This document shows positions 1 through 13,097 of a stretch of 64,000 nt of DNA, one piece after another. Made by a program: the position numbers and the translations under genes. The notes beneath the pieces are model-generated. The model was not told the DNA's origin. It did no database searches and saw only the letters and a list, made by a program, of their open reading frames with translations. Location: assembly GCA_010909165.1 (NCBI GenBank), contig MU008164.1:620001-684000 (forward strand), read 5' to 3'. Position 1 is the first letter of the stretch; each line of letters starts with the position of its first letter. Source of the DNA: Anthoceros angustus. Its lineage: Eukaryota; Plantae; Anthocerotophyta.

Positions 1-3000
1 TTCCCATGCATAGCTATCGATGGGACCCGCATAATCCCATCATTAGACTTATTTGTGGCGTGCCATGACATCATACTTGCTAGCTCGGACATCTAAACAT
101 TTGTTTCAATCTAGGAATCAATGGAAAATATCAAGTAGCTTAACGGTACACACTCGTTCTTCGTGTCAATTCGATACCTATGTTTCCACACATCTTGCGA
201 ATAGCAATTAAAACTCGCCTAAGATACAATCATCTTGACAAGCATGTATGGATGTATATGTTAGGCCAAACCCTTAAGCATCTTTTTAATTTCAGCCCTA
301 CTTTTGGCAACTTGTTGCCAGGAAACCTAATTTGCCTAGTAATGATAAAATTGAATTCAAAGATGCATCCGACCAGCCATGCCTCCTTTGGATGTTCAAT
401 AACAATAAAATGAATGCCAATAAACTTATCTTGGCTCCAACCCATAGAGGTGTAGTTGCTGCGATGTGCATCGTCTTTAATTCCTCAGGCAAGGAATCGA
501 CCTGTTCTTTAGTCATTTCTGCGATGCCAGAAACCCCACCAAGTGCCTCCACCAACTCTACGGTCACTTGTTCGTCGGGATGAATGTTGACATGTTCTTC
601 ATCAACCTCAAAATGATCATCAACCTCAATAAAATCTTGTTCCTCTTCAATCTGATTATTCAATCACACGCACAAAATAAATATCAAATAATTATATAAA
701 ATATTGTAGTACTATATAGAATAAATTATATTATAATTTAATAACTTTAGTATAACCACTATTATTAAGGAAATATTGAACAACATGCAAAACTAAAAGG
801 TTAAGAAGTCAAGTGATGATATATAATTGTTTTGTTGCGATATAGTCAATATACACAAGGTACAAGACCCTCAACATCAACTCTTCTACATCCTACAACA
901 AAAACTATTCCACATCCTCGTGCATCAACTTTGCCTTCAATTTCTTCCACTCCATCATGTAATTTAATGTGTCTATGTACTCTTCCCACGGCCTTCCTTT
1001 TGGCTTCAAATGGTTCGGGTTATACCAATTGTAATCAACAAACAACTCTTCCCAGCATTAATGGTCCTCACGCCCAAGTGCAAATCCAATCAAGATGGTC
1101 GTCACTTAGTAGCTCATGCCCATCCGACCTTTCTTCCCATATGCAATTTTGCTTGATTGCGATATTTCCACTACTACTATTCATATATCCGCCACATTCC
1201 CCATATGCAACATGCCCATCGAGGTACTCAATTGGGCCATCATTAACATCTTTACGCGAGTCTATTGAAAGTCAATGCATACTTAAAATCGGTAACTGTT
1301 GTAGTTCACTATCTTGTTATATTCTCCCTGTATACTTTGGACCCCAAACACAAACAAAGGAACTCCATTCACATTATCTTTTCTCACTACGATTTTCTCC
1401 ATGGAAAATAAACCCAACCCCATGGCTGGGTTTGTTGCCTCCTTCACTATCCACCTTCGCCCCAATATAGAAATGACTTGTTAATAGGAATAGGTCCCTT
1501 CTCCCACATTCCCCATTCTCTAGGGTACACGCCTTTCAAAAGATGCTTGTATAAAACAATAGCATCATGAGACTTTGGATCTTCCCCTCTTTTGGATGAT
1601 AAGGAGGTGCAATAAAGGGTCCATGTCCCGCCCTTTCCATCCAAAGGTTTTCCTACACCGCATAAAGCCATGTGTCCACTCCTCGTTACGTACTTGTTAT
1701 AACATGCAAACTCAAACTCCTTCCAACTATAAAAAAACAACCATAATTACACATATGAATAATTAAACTACCTTTAATATAACAAGAGAAACATACTTAC
1801 CACAATTAGTATGCCACATCAATTATTCTATAGATAATATTATATAATTGCTTTATTATTGTATTTTCTAGCATAGAAGAAAAGGGCTCCATAATTACTT
1901 CATTAGTTTATTTCCTAGCATAGAAGAAAAGGATTGCAACTCACGGTTGTGGCTACGGGTGGTTCTCCTTGTTCGCTATTTCTTCTCCTCCTCTCTCCTC
2001 CTCCTCCTTCTCCTCGTCCTCCTTCTCCTCCTCGTTGTTCTTCTCCTCCTCGTCCTCCTTCTCCTCGTTCTTCATCTCCTTGCGGTTCTCCACGGGACTT
2101 CATTCTGGGAGGTAAGGTCCATTCTTGCGCAAATGTTTACGTGCTTGGTTAGCTCACGAACTCGCCTTGCACTCTTTGCACCAACATTTTGGAAAATATA
2201 TTGGATATTTGGGCGCTTAAATCTACGAGCGCGATCCATAAGGACCTACCCTCAACAATGATCGTGGGTTAGCTTAAGCTCGACAACACTTGCCCTCTTC
2301 ACCGAGCACGTTGGAAAGTGCAGGCTACCTTCGATGAAGTGCTCCGGCCCTCGCTCCAACCTCCGTGTCGGCAATCCGGGCATAAATCGAGCCAATTCTA
2401 ATCTAGAGCAATTCCATGCAACCCGATAACGCGATACTCAAAACGCTTTACAAAGAGCATAGACCTGCAGCGGACTTGTAGCTATCTAGCATCCTGGATG
2501 GTCGATTTAGGTGTGCACCGTGTTTTTATTGACCCTTGCTACTAGAAGGCCCTCGCTACGCACGATGGAAGGCCCTTCTAGCTATGTAGTGGATGGTTAG
2601 TATGGGACAAGAGAAAGGCCTCTTACATCGGTGCTTGTTAGGCGGTCAATCCAAAGCGCTTTACAACACGAGGCGTTGCAAATCGGTTTGGGAAATTTGC
2701 GCTCTCTTATCAACGCACTCGCAACATTTGCAACGCTCGCAGCCAATTCTAATCATGAGCAATTGCATGCAACCGACAATACTCACGCTTTGCAAAGAGC
2801 ACCGACTGCAGCGGACTTGTAGCTATCTAGCATCGCGCGGATGGTGCGACCCTTGCTATGAGAAGGCCCTCGCCGCACAATGGGCGGCTTGGCCTCTTAC
2901 GATCGATGCGCGAAACAGCGCTTGGCCTCTTACAAGTGCAGCGGGTCCAAAGCGCTAGCTAGCGTTACCTTGATTTGGGCAATTTGCAAAGCATTCGTTG

Positions 3001-3015
3001 CAAAGCACCGTAGTA
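1..3015 (-). mobile_element. CACTA/En-Spm transposon, 5' part with degenerate Tnp2 (Transposase_21-type) transposase; continues beyond the window start
   Basis: ORF 298..663 has HGWSDASLNSILSLL, followed after a frameshift by LGLTYTSIHACQDDCIL, typical of the Tnp2 N-terminus. A terminus-like CCGTAGT(A/G) (reverse complement CACTACGG) ends at 3015, with an exact TAGTG in the duplicated copy at 4352. TTACAA/TTGCAA subterminal motifs occur at about 2440-3010. Confidence 0.7.
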
Positions 3016-5125
3016 TGCTATTGATATAGCCTTAGCTTACTTAAGGTCAAGCCTTTCCTTATTGCGTGGGACTCAAGATTGTGAAATGTGTGAGCAACTT
3101 TATATCAAAAGCTCGACGACTTTTACATCGATAGGATCGTCTTTGCCAACCTCGCGTGACTTGGGTAGACTACGAAACCACATTTGTGATGAGTTCATTA
3201 TCACTCGGATCCGCTCGGTCCGTATCGAGCATAGTCTTCACAAAAGCAGAAGGTGGCTCCGTCTATGCTCCATTCGTGATGCCGATTAAAACCTTGAGCC
3301 CTCAAACAAAAATCTACCTTATTAGCATTTATCATGCAAAGAAACAGATCACTCACAGACTTTTACACTTACGATAGAAGGAGATGATTAGGTTCTGGGC
3401 ACAAGATCTGTATTTCTCCCAGTCAAGTCGAGTCATCCAGAGTTCCGTTTCTTCACAAAAGTAAGCCCTTGGAGACCCCGGATCGAGAGTAGTACCAAGC
3501 TGTGATGATAGCACCCGAAGGCGTGCAGCGTGGAAGCATGTGACCAAAAACAAGGACGAGTTCCATCGGAAGGGTGGGACCCTTCTCTTTCTCCGAGGAA
3601 GGCTAGGAAGCGGACGCAATGTTACACAACCCTTGTCACAAGGGTCAAAGTTTGCACAATTCACATCACCTCCTCTTCATCACGCATCTCCTCCGACGGG
3701 ATCCACCTCCGGAAGGTCCTCGGCCGGCTCGCCAGTTGTCGGCGCCATCACCTCCGGATGGTTCTCGGCCGGCTCGCCAGTTGTCGGCGCCATCGCTGCT
3801 CAAAACGCTTTACAAAGAGCATAGACACCGCAGCGGACTTGTAGCTATCTAGCATCCTGGATGGTCGATTTAGGTGTGCAGTTTTTATTGACCCTTGCTA
3901 CTAGAAGGCCCTCGCCACGCACGATGGAAGGCCCTTCTAGCTATGTAGTGGATGGTTAGTATGGGACAAGAGAAGGCCTCTTACGGTGCTTATTAGGCGG
4001 TCAATCCAAAGCGCTTTACAACAGGTTGCAAATCGGTTTGGGAAATTTGCAACGCCTCTTATCAACGCACTCGCAGCAACATTTGCAACGCACTCGCAGC
4101 AGCCAATTCTAATCATGAGCAATTGCATGCAACTCGACAAAAACGCTTTGCAAAGAGCACCGACCGAACGGACTTGTAGCTATCTAGCATCGCGGATGGT
4201 GCTTTGCTATGAGAAGGCCCTCGCACAATGGAAGGCGGCTTGGCCTCTTACGATGCCGCGAAACCGCGGCTTGGCCTCTTACAGTGCAATGGTCCAAAGC
4301 GCTAGCTAGCGCATTTGGGCAATTTGCAAAGCATTCGTAAAGCACCGTAGTGTGCTATTGATATAGCCTTAGCTTAGGGCGCAAGCCTTTCCTTATTTGC
4401 GTGGGACTCAAGATTGTGAAATGTGTGAGCAACTTTATATCAAAAGCTCGACTTTTACATCGGGCCCCGATAGGCGATCGCCTTTGCCAACCTCGCGTGA
4501 CTTGGGTAGACTGTAAACCACATTTGTGATGAGTTCATTATCACTCGGATCCGCCCCGGTCCGTATCGAGCATAGTCTTCACAAAAGCGGAAGGTGGCTC
4601 GTGCTCCATTCGTGATGCCGATTAAAACCTTGAGCCCTCAAACAAAAATCTACCTTATTAGCATTTATCATGCAAAGAAAGATCACTCACGACTTTTACA
4701 CTTACGATAGAAGGAGATGATTAGGTTCGGGCACAAGATCAGATTTCTCCCAAGTCGAGTCATCCGTAGTTCCGCTTTCTTCACAAAAGTAAGCCCTTGG
4801 AGACCCCGGATCGAGAGTAGTACCAACTGTGATGATAGCTCGAAGGCGTGCAGCGTGGAAGCATGTGACCAAAAACAAGGACGAGTTCCATCGGAAGGGT
4901 GGGACCCTTCTTTCTCCGAGGAAGGCTAGGAAGCGGACGCAATGTTACACAACCCTTGTCACAAGGGTCAAAGTTTGCACACCATGTGCATCACCTCCTC
5001 TTCATCACGCATCTCCTCCGACTGGGATCCACCTCCGGAAGGTCCTCGGCCGGCTCGCCAGTTGTCGGCGCCATCACCTCCGGAAGGTCCTCGGCCGCCA
5101 GTTGTCTACCGCCATCGCTAAAACG
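2437..5125. repeat. Tandem duplication of a ~1.36 kb unit (2437-3798 and 3799-5125), including the CACTA terminus
   Basis: Both units start CTCAAAACGCTTTACAAAGAGCATAGAC and stay colinear, differing by many small indels. Confidence 0.9.
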
Positions 5126-7169
5126 CACTTGACGGCCGGGTCGGGCTTAACACAATCGGAGTTCACAACCGAGTTCACAATCGGGGTCGGACAAACACAA
5201 TCACTCAAAGTGTGTGCGGCTCACTTTGAGTCCGCATCGATTCGCGCAGGAACGGATCAGCTATAAAACTATAGTGTATCGAGTTGGAAAGCAGGAACAA
5301 AGTGACAGCCCCAAGGAGCCCCTTACTCTCAAACTCCATGGCGTCAAAGAAACCATATGTGGGTCTTTCAACTGCCTGTCATGAGTGGGTGTGGGCGGTG
5401 TGTCACGGAACCTCGAAATGCGTTACGGTGTGCGATCGAGGATTGAACTCTCATTAGGTACCGCCTAGCCGCTTCATCGCAACATCAACAAGCGGCATGA
5501 TGATGAGTGCCAAGAAGACTTAAATTCTTTAGCAGCCGTTTAAGGAGGCGAATCGAGGTTTTAAGACTCGGGCTCAAGTGGATGGCCGAGGAAGCATTGC
5601 CCCTTTAGCCCTTATTCTATTCATTCATTGGATCTTTTACACATTAAAGGGGCACGAGTCCCAAGCAATAGCCTTGAAAGCACCTAAGGGACAACATAGC
5701 TACGCTCCATACAATCCCTCTATCGCCATCAAAATATCTCCGAGGAGCACACTACGCTAAGCAGCCCCGTGCTCAAGCACTCCGTTGTCATATCTTGCCA
5801 TTTTCATGCCAATGGTTTCCCTCAAAAGGAAAGAAGCATTAAAGCTTTATTTGTAGGCTTGCATGGGTCACCATCAAAACCTCATCACTCATATGCTTTC
5901 ACCCGTTCTGACCGCCGGGTAATTGCGAGAGTTGCGGCATGGGGACCTCTTCCACTCCTCCAATATTGTGTCCAGATTGAGTTTGATCGGGATGACGAGC
6001 TATTTGCCCCTTCTTTGGAGTATCAAGGAGGATAAAAGTGTTTGAGTTTGCAACGGTGGTCAATGACATGGGCGATGTGCATTGTCCCATGGTAGAAATG
6101 TCTACCCGCTCCAAATTGAGTTGTCGAGTTGGAACAAGTACATAAAGTCGCACATTGCGCATGATTATGAAGGGATTGTTACGGATGGGATGTGAATACG
6201 TGCGAGCATCACGGAGTATGTGTACCCAGGCGCGCCTAAACCTCACCCGAAGTTTATTACTTGGTTCTCGAGGCGTCGGGATTCGTCCGCGCCGGCCGCT
6301 CCACTCCACCGGCTAGTTTGCAATCTAGTTTTCTCAACTAAGCCCGAAGTGTTCGCCACGGAAGAAGCCGAGAACTTTTGCACAGGCAAATGGAGCCGAG
6401 CATGTAACCCAGGCCGGCTGCCTTTTGCCCCATTTTGGCGTTTTTTGTTATTATGAATTTCTAATTACAAGAAAATCGACGCAATGTTCTCAACACCACA
6501 ATTACCGTGATGACCTCCTCTTTCCAACCATATGTTCGAAAAGCACCACCCCTCGGTGAACATGCACAAATTTCCATAGCCATTTCGATCCACCCTGGGC
6601 ACCAGCGTGAGGTGAGCATCTTTCTTTGCCTACCATGAACTAAGGTGAACTGTAGATATGTATGTACACAAGAATGTAGGGGATCAGTTTGTGTGCATGA
6701 CACTGGATCCTAAGCGCCCCGTGGCCAACCTTTCTTCGAGAAAGCAGAGAGACGGTGAAGAGAGGGTCTCTTAGTTTCCTTTTGTGCGTTCCATATGTGT
6801 ACCACTTTTACCTACTAGAGATTTTAGAACGTAAAAGTGAACCGCGTTGTAAATAGTAATAGTTTTCTAATTTTACAACGAGTGTTGTAAATGGTAATCG
6901 TTCCGACTTAACAACGGAGCGTTGCAAATAGTAGTTTCCAAAGTCGTTTCATACAAACTCACCAGCACCTGCAGGTGCACGAGGTAGGTGACGCAGGTGC
7001 ACAAGGCAGGTGAGGCGGGTGCAATGCATGCAAGATCTTGTCCAAGGCGGGAACATGCTTGCACACAAATACTGATATAAAGGCGGGTTCATGTCTGTAC
7101 AAGTAGATGTTTACATACTGCGACGTATGTGTTGAGAGCCTGTGTATGTCGATTGCCCTCGGGGTGTGT

Positions 7170-7400
7170 GAGAACCGGGCTTGCCATCGGTGTGTGGCGT
7201 GGGGAGCTTGTGCAGCTAGTGTACTTGAGGGCCATGCGGCTTGCCATCGGGGTATGTGAGGTGGGGGAGCTTGTGTAGCTAGTGTAATTGAGGGCCATGC
7301 GGCCTGCCATCGGGGTGTGTGAGGTGGGGGAGCTTGTGTAGCTAGTGTAATTGAGGGCCATGGGGCCATCGGGGTGTGTGAGAGCCGGGCTTGCCATCGG
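7170..7400. repeat. ~63 bp tandem repeat, 3-4 copies
   Basis: GAGCTTGTG(T/C)AGCTAGTGTA(A/C)TTGAGGGCCATG units start near 7204, 7267 and 7330. Confidence 0.85.
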
Positions 7401-8492
7401 GATGTGTGACGAGTGGGAGCTTCAGATGTAGTGTAATTGAGGCCATGCACGCCATTGGGGTGTGTGATGAGAGCCTGTGTGTATTATAATTGAGAGTCTA
7501 TGTGTTTGAGAGAAGCGCGGGAAGCCAACCATGCCTCTGCACATTTTAGAAGCGCGGGAAGGTCATGAGAAGTGCGGGAAGGCTTTGTAAAGCGCGGGAA
7601 TTTGGACGTCCATCCGTACACAAGGCCCGCTGCACCTTGTTTGCTTAAGATTGTCTGACTTGGCTTTGCAGGGCAGCTTCCAAGGATTGCTTGACTGAGA
7701 GAGATTGCCTGACTTTGCTTAGCAGGGCAGCAGTCACATGTTGAGTCGGCCTCCCTCTCTCACGCCGAGATCTTGGTCGCGGGCCTTGCGTTGTGTGTGC
7801 ACACACAAGCTCTAACAACGGCACATGGTGTTTAGTTAGTGACTACACACAAGCTCGTGTTTAGTTAGTGACGCAATTCGACCTACAACACAATTAGGGC
7901 TTACGAAATTGAATTCCTTGGATCAAGAAGGTTTGTGTGCATCCCCAATCTCTTATGCTTGGTGCTTTTTAGGCACGCACTTTCATGGGCAAAGGTTGCT
8001 AAGCGCCTTTCTACTAACCCCAACCACCTTGCAATGTAGATGGTGCGCACTACGTGCAAGTGCGGTTGGGTTTGCATTGTCATGCGACGCGATAAGGAAA
8101 CAAGACTTTTGGCCACATTAGTGGTGGGGGCCGGCGGTGGATGCCGTGGTGGAAGGATCCGCTCTAACGGCTCGGTGGTTGGGTTTAGTAGACAGCGCAA
8201 GCCAAGAGCTGCTCATCGGACAAGCCTAGCGTGTAAAAATGGGCCACCGTGAAGGCAAAGAAGCGGGAGGCGTCTCAAAGGAGCGGAAGCTGCAAGCTGT
8301 CGCCCCTCGAAATGTGAGTTGTGCATCAACGGCTTTGTCCGAGCGCACCGCGCCCCGAGTTTGAATCACGCCTTCAACTAGTTCTGCGAGCTCTAGGGTC
8401 GGTGATGATAATGAGCTCTAAACGATGGCTTTTCTTTTCTCACTTGTGTGTGGTAGGAAAGCGAGCGCCACCGCCCGTGCGGTGGAGAACAA

Positions 8493-8604
8493 GCCTCCTC
8501 CGATGCCGTGGAGGAGCAGCCTCCTCCCGATGCCGTGGAGGAGGAGCAGCCTCCTCCTAATGCCGTGGAGGAGGAGCAGTCGCCTCCTGATGCCGTGGAG
8601 GAGT
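8493..8604. repeat. 24-27 bp tandem repeat, 4 copies (reads PPPDAVEEEQ on the + strand)
   Basis: CCTCCT..ATGCCGTGGAG(GAG)..CAG units. Confidence 0.85.
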
Positions 8605-9147
8605 ACCGGGCGCCTGCCGCTAATCCCATGGCGGCGCTTCGCTGTGGAAGAGCTCGTGCCGTGCCACGTGGAGAAGCAAGACGCCGTCTCAAGTCACCAC
8701 CACCTCCTCTTAGGTCTTCGCGGATGAGAGAACAAGGGCCACCAGTAGTGGCTTATGTGCACACGCAGACCTTTTGAGAAAGATGATAGTGCGAAGAAGG
8801 CAAGCTGCTTCCTCCTTGTCCGTGACACTGGCTCAAAACTTACCTGGACCTTCAATCCAGGTATCCGTACTCCCATGCCACCTCCACCACTCCTACTCCT
8901 AACCCTTCCGTCAATGTTGGTTCTCGGCTTGAAGAAGTGCAGCCGGTGATGGAGCAGCCAAGAAGTGGAAAATCCAGTGGAGGAGGAGATGGCGGGCGGA
9001 GATCCGCCGCGTGCCAAGGAGAAATCGAATTAAAGGGAGGCGCCCAAATGCACGCACGTCATTCCACAATGGACATTCATCTAGAATCGTGTTCGGTTTT
9101 AGTTGAAAATGACTCCTTGCTTTTACTTTCATAAGCTTGTCTAGGCA

Positions 9148-9560
9148 TGTGTGTGGCCTTGACTGCCCAATGTTTCTCTTTTGGTCTCTCAAGCCTGAAC
9201 AGGCAAGTGTGTGGCCTTGACTGCCGATGTTTCTCTTTTTGGTCTGTCAAGCCTAAAGCCGCAAGTGTGTGGCCTTGACTGCCGTATTTTTCTATTGGTC
9301 TGTCAAGCCTAAACATGCAGGTGTGTGGCCTTGACTGCTGACTGCCCGTGTTTCTTTTTTGGTCTCTCAAGCCTAAACAGGCAGGTGTGTGGCCTTGACT
9401 GCCCGTGTTTCTGTTTTGGTCTCTCAAGTCTAAACTGGCAGGTGTGTGGCCTTGACTGCCCATGTTTCTCTTTTGGTCTCAAGCCTAAATGGCGGTGTGT
9501 GGCCTTGAGCCCATGTTTCTCCTTTGGTCTCTCAAGCCTAAGCAGTGTGTTTCTCGTTTG
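9148..9560. repeat. ~58 bp tandem repeat, about 7 copies
   Basis: GTGTGGCCTTGACTGCC..TGTTTCTCTTTTGGTCTCTCAAGCCTAAAC units. Confidence 0.9.
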
Positions 9561-9738
9561 TCTCAAGCTAAACATGCGGTGTGTGGCACCTTGGCTAACT
9601 GTACAAGGATGTACATGCCACATGCCTGTACAGGCATGTGCCTGTACAAGCATGTGGCCTATACATGCCACTTACAGGCCACATGCCTGCACGGCATGTA
9701 CAAGCATATTCTGATGTTTTCCTTCTCATGTGTGTCAG

Positions 9739-10271
9739 GTTGGATTAAAGAAGATTCATACAGTTATGAAGTGCTCCAATTTCGGTTGAGGTGGGTAATG
9801 CGGCACTTCATGGATCCATTGATTGGCAACTTCTGGGGAGAGAAACTAGAGACACAAGCAATTGTGGAGGCAGCCATTCGAAGAGATGTTGGTGGGATTT
9901 GGAGCATGGCTCATGTGTGTGACCAAATGTTCAACACCATGTTGCGCAATTGGAAGAACAATCTTGCAAGATGCGCAAGACAATTTCTTGAGGGTAATCA
10001 TCCACCTAAGTATAAGCCTCGTGATATCTCGGCTGACCAGTGGGATCGCATTGTGGAGAATGAAAAAGCCAAGGCCGGGATGGAGATGTCTGCACAAAAA
10101 CGCATAGCAATGTTGAGGAAGTTGAACTCGGATGCCCAGCCGTATGCCCACTTTGGTAATGGTGGGTTTGTGAAGTTTACAAATCGGTTTTACCAACTCT
10201 TTGGTAGACGTCCTACACGAGCAAGAGATGAGGTGTGGCAAGAAGGCCGGAAATTGGATAATAAAACTTGA
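9739..10271 (+). pseudogene. CACTA TnpA-like (Ptta/En/Spm, Transposase_24-like) coding exon; probably continues with frameshifts to about 10950
   Basis: PRDISADQWDRIVENEK...SAQKRIAMLRK...HFGNGGFVKFTNRFYQLFGRRPTR fits the W...S..NR....H..G..G...G..PTR pattern. It is preceded by a TGTCAG acceptor-like site. Confidence 0.6.
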
Positions 10272-11044
10272 AACATATTGACGCCAATCTTCCTCATCCG
10301 AGCGCGTTTGGCTCCAACCCCAGAATAGGTGCCAAACAATTGTGGCGGGACCTCAAGGATGCTGGTTACAAAGATGATGATTTGGATGGTAAGATTTTGA
10401 TTTGATGTCTTTGCAAGTTTTGATTGTCCTATTTTAACTCGCTTTTTGGATTTGCCATAGGAGCCGTAATGGCATTGGAGCGCAAGCAAGTGGACGATGA
10501 CTGGTTTTTGGACAATTTGGTGCCTAGATTGAAGCCCGGGTTAAGTGAGGATCTTTCTCCTCCTAGTTCTTATAGAAGATCTTTCAAGTCTTTGTTGTAA
10601 CACCGGCTTCTTGGTAACATATTCGATTCTTGCAGAATCGGGTGTGGCCTCCGCCTCGGGTGGGAAGCCTTAACCTCCCAAGTGTGGTCGACCTGTGGAG
10701 CAAGCCACGATGAAGTACTTGTTGAAGTTGAACCACTCCATCTCATGGAAGAGGTGGAAGAATTTGAAGAGGTTGAGGTATCCCTCTCTAAATGCAGGAA
10801 AAGTTTTTCAATCTCATGGCCTCTCATCGAACGACAGAACTTGAAGCTCAACGCCTTCGTGAAGCTAGGTCCGGACTACGCCAAAGAGCTCAAGTCATCA
10901 AGGGTGAAGAGCATGAAGAGGAAGGAAATGAGGCTTCAACTTCAAGTCCAATTTGAAGAGATCAAGGAGCGAGGAATTCTAGTTTGGTGCTTTCTTTTAG
11001 TTGCTCCTTAGAAACTCTTAGAAATTGATCACGTCGGCTTTTGT

Positions 11045-11188
11045 GGGAATGTCCCTTTGTGTGTGTCTGGGAATGGCCCCAATGTTTGTGAGTGTGTGTC
11101 TGGGAATGGCCCCAATGTTTGTGAGTGTGTGTGGGAATGGCCCCATGTTTGTTTGTGGGAGTCTGTGTGTGGGAATGGCTTCTATGTT

Positions 11189-11236
<48 letters not shown>

Positions 11237-11660
11237 TGTGTGTGTGTGAGTTTTATGCGAGCTGCAAGAGTGTGTCGAGCCTTGTGAGCAGTGAGAGCCT
11301 ATGAGCACTGTGAGAGCTTGTGAGCCGGGAGCTTGTGAGCCTTGAAAATTGAGCCTTGAGCTGTGAGAGGGAGAGTCTGTGAGCCTCTGTGAGAGGAGAG
11401 TGAGAGAGGCGAGAGCGAGAGCGAGCCTATGAGCTTGTGAGAGGCGAGGCGATAGCTTGTGAGCTTGTGAGGCGGCGGCTTGTGAGGCTGTGAGGCGAGA
11501 GCTTGTGAGGCGTGAGCGAGCTTGTGGTGTGGAGCTTGTGAGCTTGTGGTGAGCTTGTGAGCTGTGGTGAGCGAGCCTATGATGAGCCTGTGGCGCTGAT
11601 TATGTGAGAGCCCGTGTGGGTTTGTGCGAGTTTGTGGGCCGTTGTGAGTTTGTGTGAGTT
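11045..11660. repeat. Simple repeats: ~31 bp units, a (GT)n microsatellite (about 11193-11250) and GAGCTTGTGA-rich repeats
   Basis: Directly visible in the sequence. Confidence 0.9.
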
Positions 11661-11922
11661 GAATGTGTGGATTTGTGTGAGGATCATGTTCATTTTGGGG
11701 TTTAGAATCGCTTGCATTTGGTAGTAGCATTCCATTTCTCGTGTGTCCCACTAATGCACAACAAGGTGCATACAAAATTTACAACAAAGGCGTTGTAAAA
11801 CACTTGTTGTAAATATGCCCCATTTAAAGAAGCTGAAAATAGATATTTGTGTTATTAATAATATGTATTTTTGTTTAAAAGTCTTTATATATATATATAT
11901 ACTTAAAAGGCGTTGTAATTTA

Positions 11923-12810
11923 AATGTTGTAATTGCTTTGCAATTGGGATGTTGTAGATGGTTTTGTAAAGCAGTCGTTGTAAAGCGCGTTGTACCCACG
12001 ACGTCTCAAACTTAGATGTTGTAATTGCTTTCAATTGGGATGTTGTAGATGGTTTTGTAAAGCAGTCGTTGTAAAGCGTTGTACCCACGACGTCTCAAAC
12101 TTAGATGTTGTAATTGCTTTTGCAATTGGGATGTTGTAGATGGTTTTGTAAAGCAGTCGTTGTAAAGCGCGTTGTACCCACCGAGGCGTCTCAAACTTAG
12201 ATGTTGTAATTGCTTTGCAATTGGGATGTTGTAGATGGTTTTGTAAAACAGTCGTTGTAAAGCGCGTTGTACCCGAGACGTCTCAAACTTAGATGTTGTA
12301 ATTGCTTTTGCAATTGGGATGTTGTAGATGGTTTTGTAAAGCAGTCGTTGTAAAGCGCGTTGTACCCACGACGTCTCAAACTTAGATGTTGTAATTGCTT
12401 TTGCAATTGGGATGTTGTAGATGGTTTTGTAAAACAGTCGTTGTAAAGCGCGTTGTACCCCAGACGTCTCAAACTTAGATGTTGTAATTGCTTTTGCAAT
12501 TGGGATGTTGTAGATGGTTTTGTAAAGCAGTCGTTGTAAAGCGCGTTGTACCCACAGACGTCTCAAACTTAGATGTTGTAATTGCTTTGCAATTGGGATG
12601 TTGTAGATGGTTTTGTAAAACAGTCGTTGTAAAGCGCGTTGTACCCACCGACGTCTCAAACTTAGATGTTGTAATTCTTTTGCAATTGGGATGTTGTAGA
12701 TGGTTTTGTAAAACAGTCGTTGTAAAGCGTTGTACCCACACCGAGACGTCTCAAACTTAGATGTTGTAATTCCTTTTGCAATTGGGATGTTGTAAATGGT
12801 TTTGTAAAAT
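11923..12810. repeat. CACTA subterminal tandem array, about 10 copies of a 90-95 bp unit
   Basis: GATGTTGTAATTGC(T)TTTGCAATTGGGATGTTGTAGATGGTTTTGTAAA...GTCTCAAACTTA units start near 11923, 12015, 12104, 12200, 12292, 12385, 12478, 12572, 12665 and 12760. Confidence 0.95.
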
Positions 12811-13097
12811 GGCACCACGTCATCACATGGTGATGTGGCAATGAGGGCCATGTCATCAAATTATGCCGTCATCACGATGATGTGGCAATGAAGGCCATGT
12901 GGCAACAACATGCCATGTCATCACTTGGTGATGTGGCGATGATGTGGCGCCACATCACCACTTTAATGACATGGCAGGCCGCCATGTCGGCAATTTACAA
13001 CGTCATGAAGCTCTCGGTTTACAATTGTTGCGCGCGTTTACAACGCGCGTTGTAACACCCGTTGTAAAACCGTTGTAAAACCCTCATTTTCTTGTAG

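Noticed and set aside
832-1470. 212-aa plus-strand ORF
   Set aside because: It is antisense to the CACTA transposase region and has no recognisable domain.
3050-6250. DUF4216-like (about 3100-3400) and transposase-associated (about 6030-6230) remnants on the plus strand
   Set aside because: The similarity is only suggestive, and the order is inconsistent with a single element.
11923-12810. CRISPR-like array
   Set aside because: Whole units repeat with no unique spacers and there are no cas genes; the array is subterminal to a CACTA end in a plant genome.
12012-12859. ORFs over the 92 bp array, such as the 279-aa ORF
   Set aside because: They are translations of a non-coding tandem repeat.
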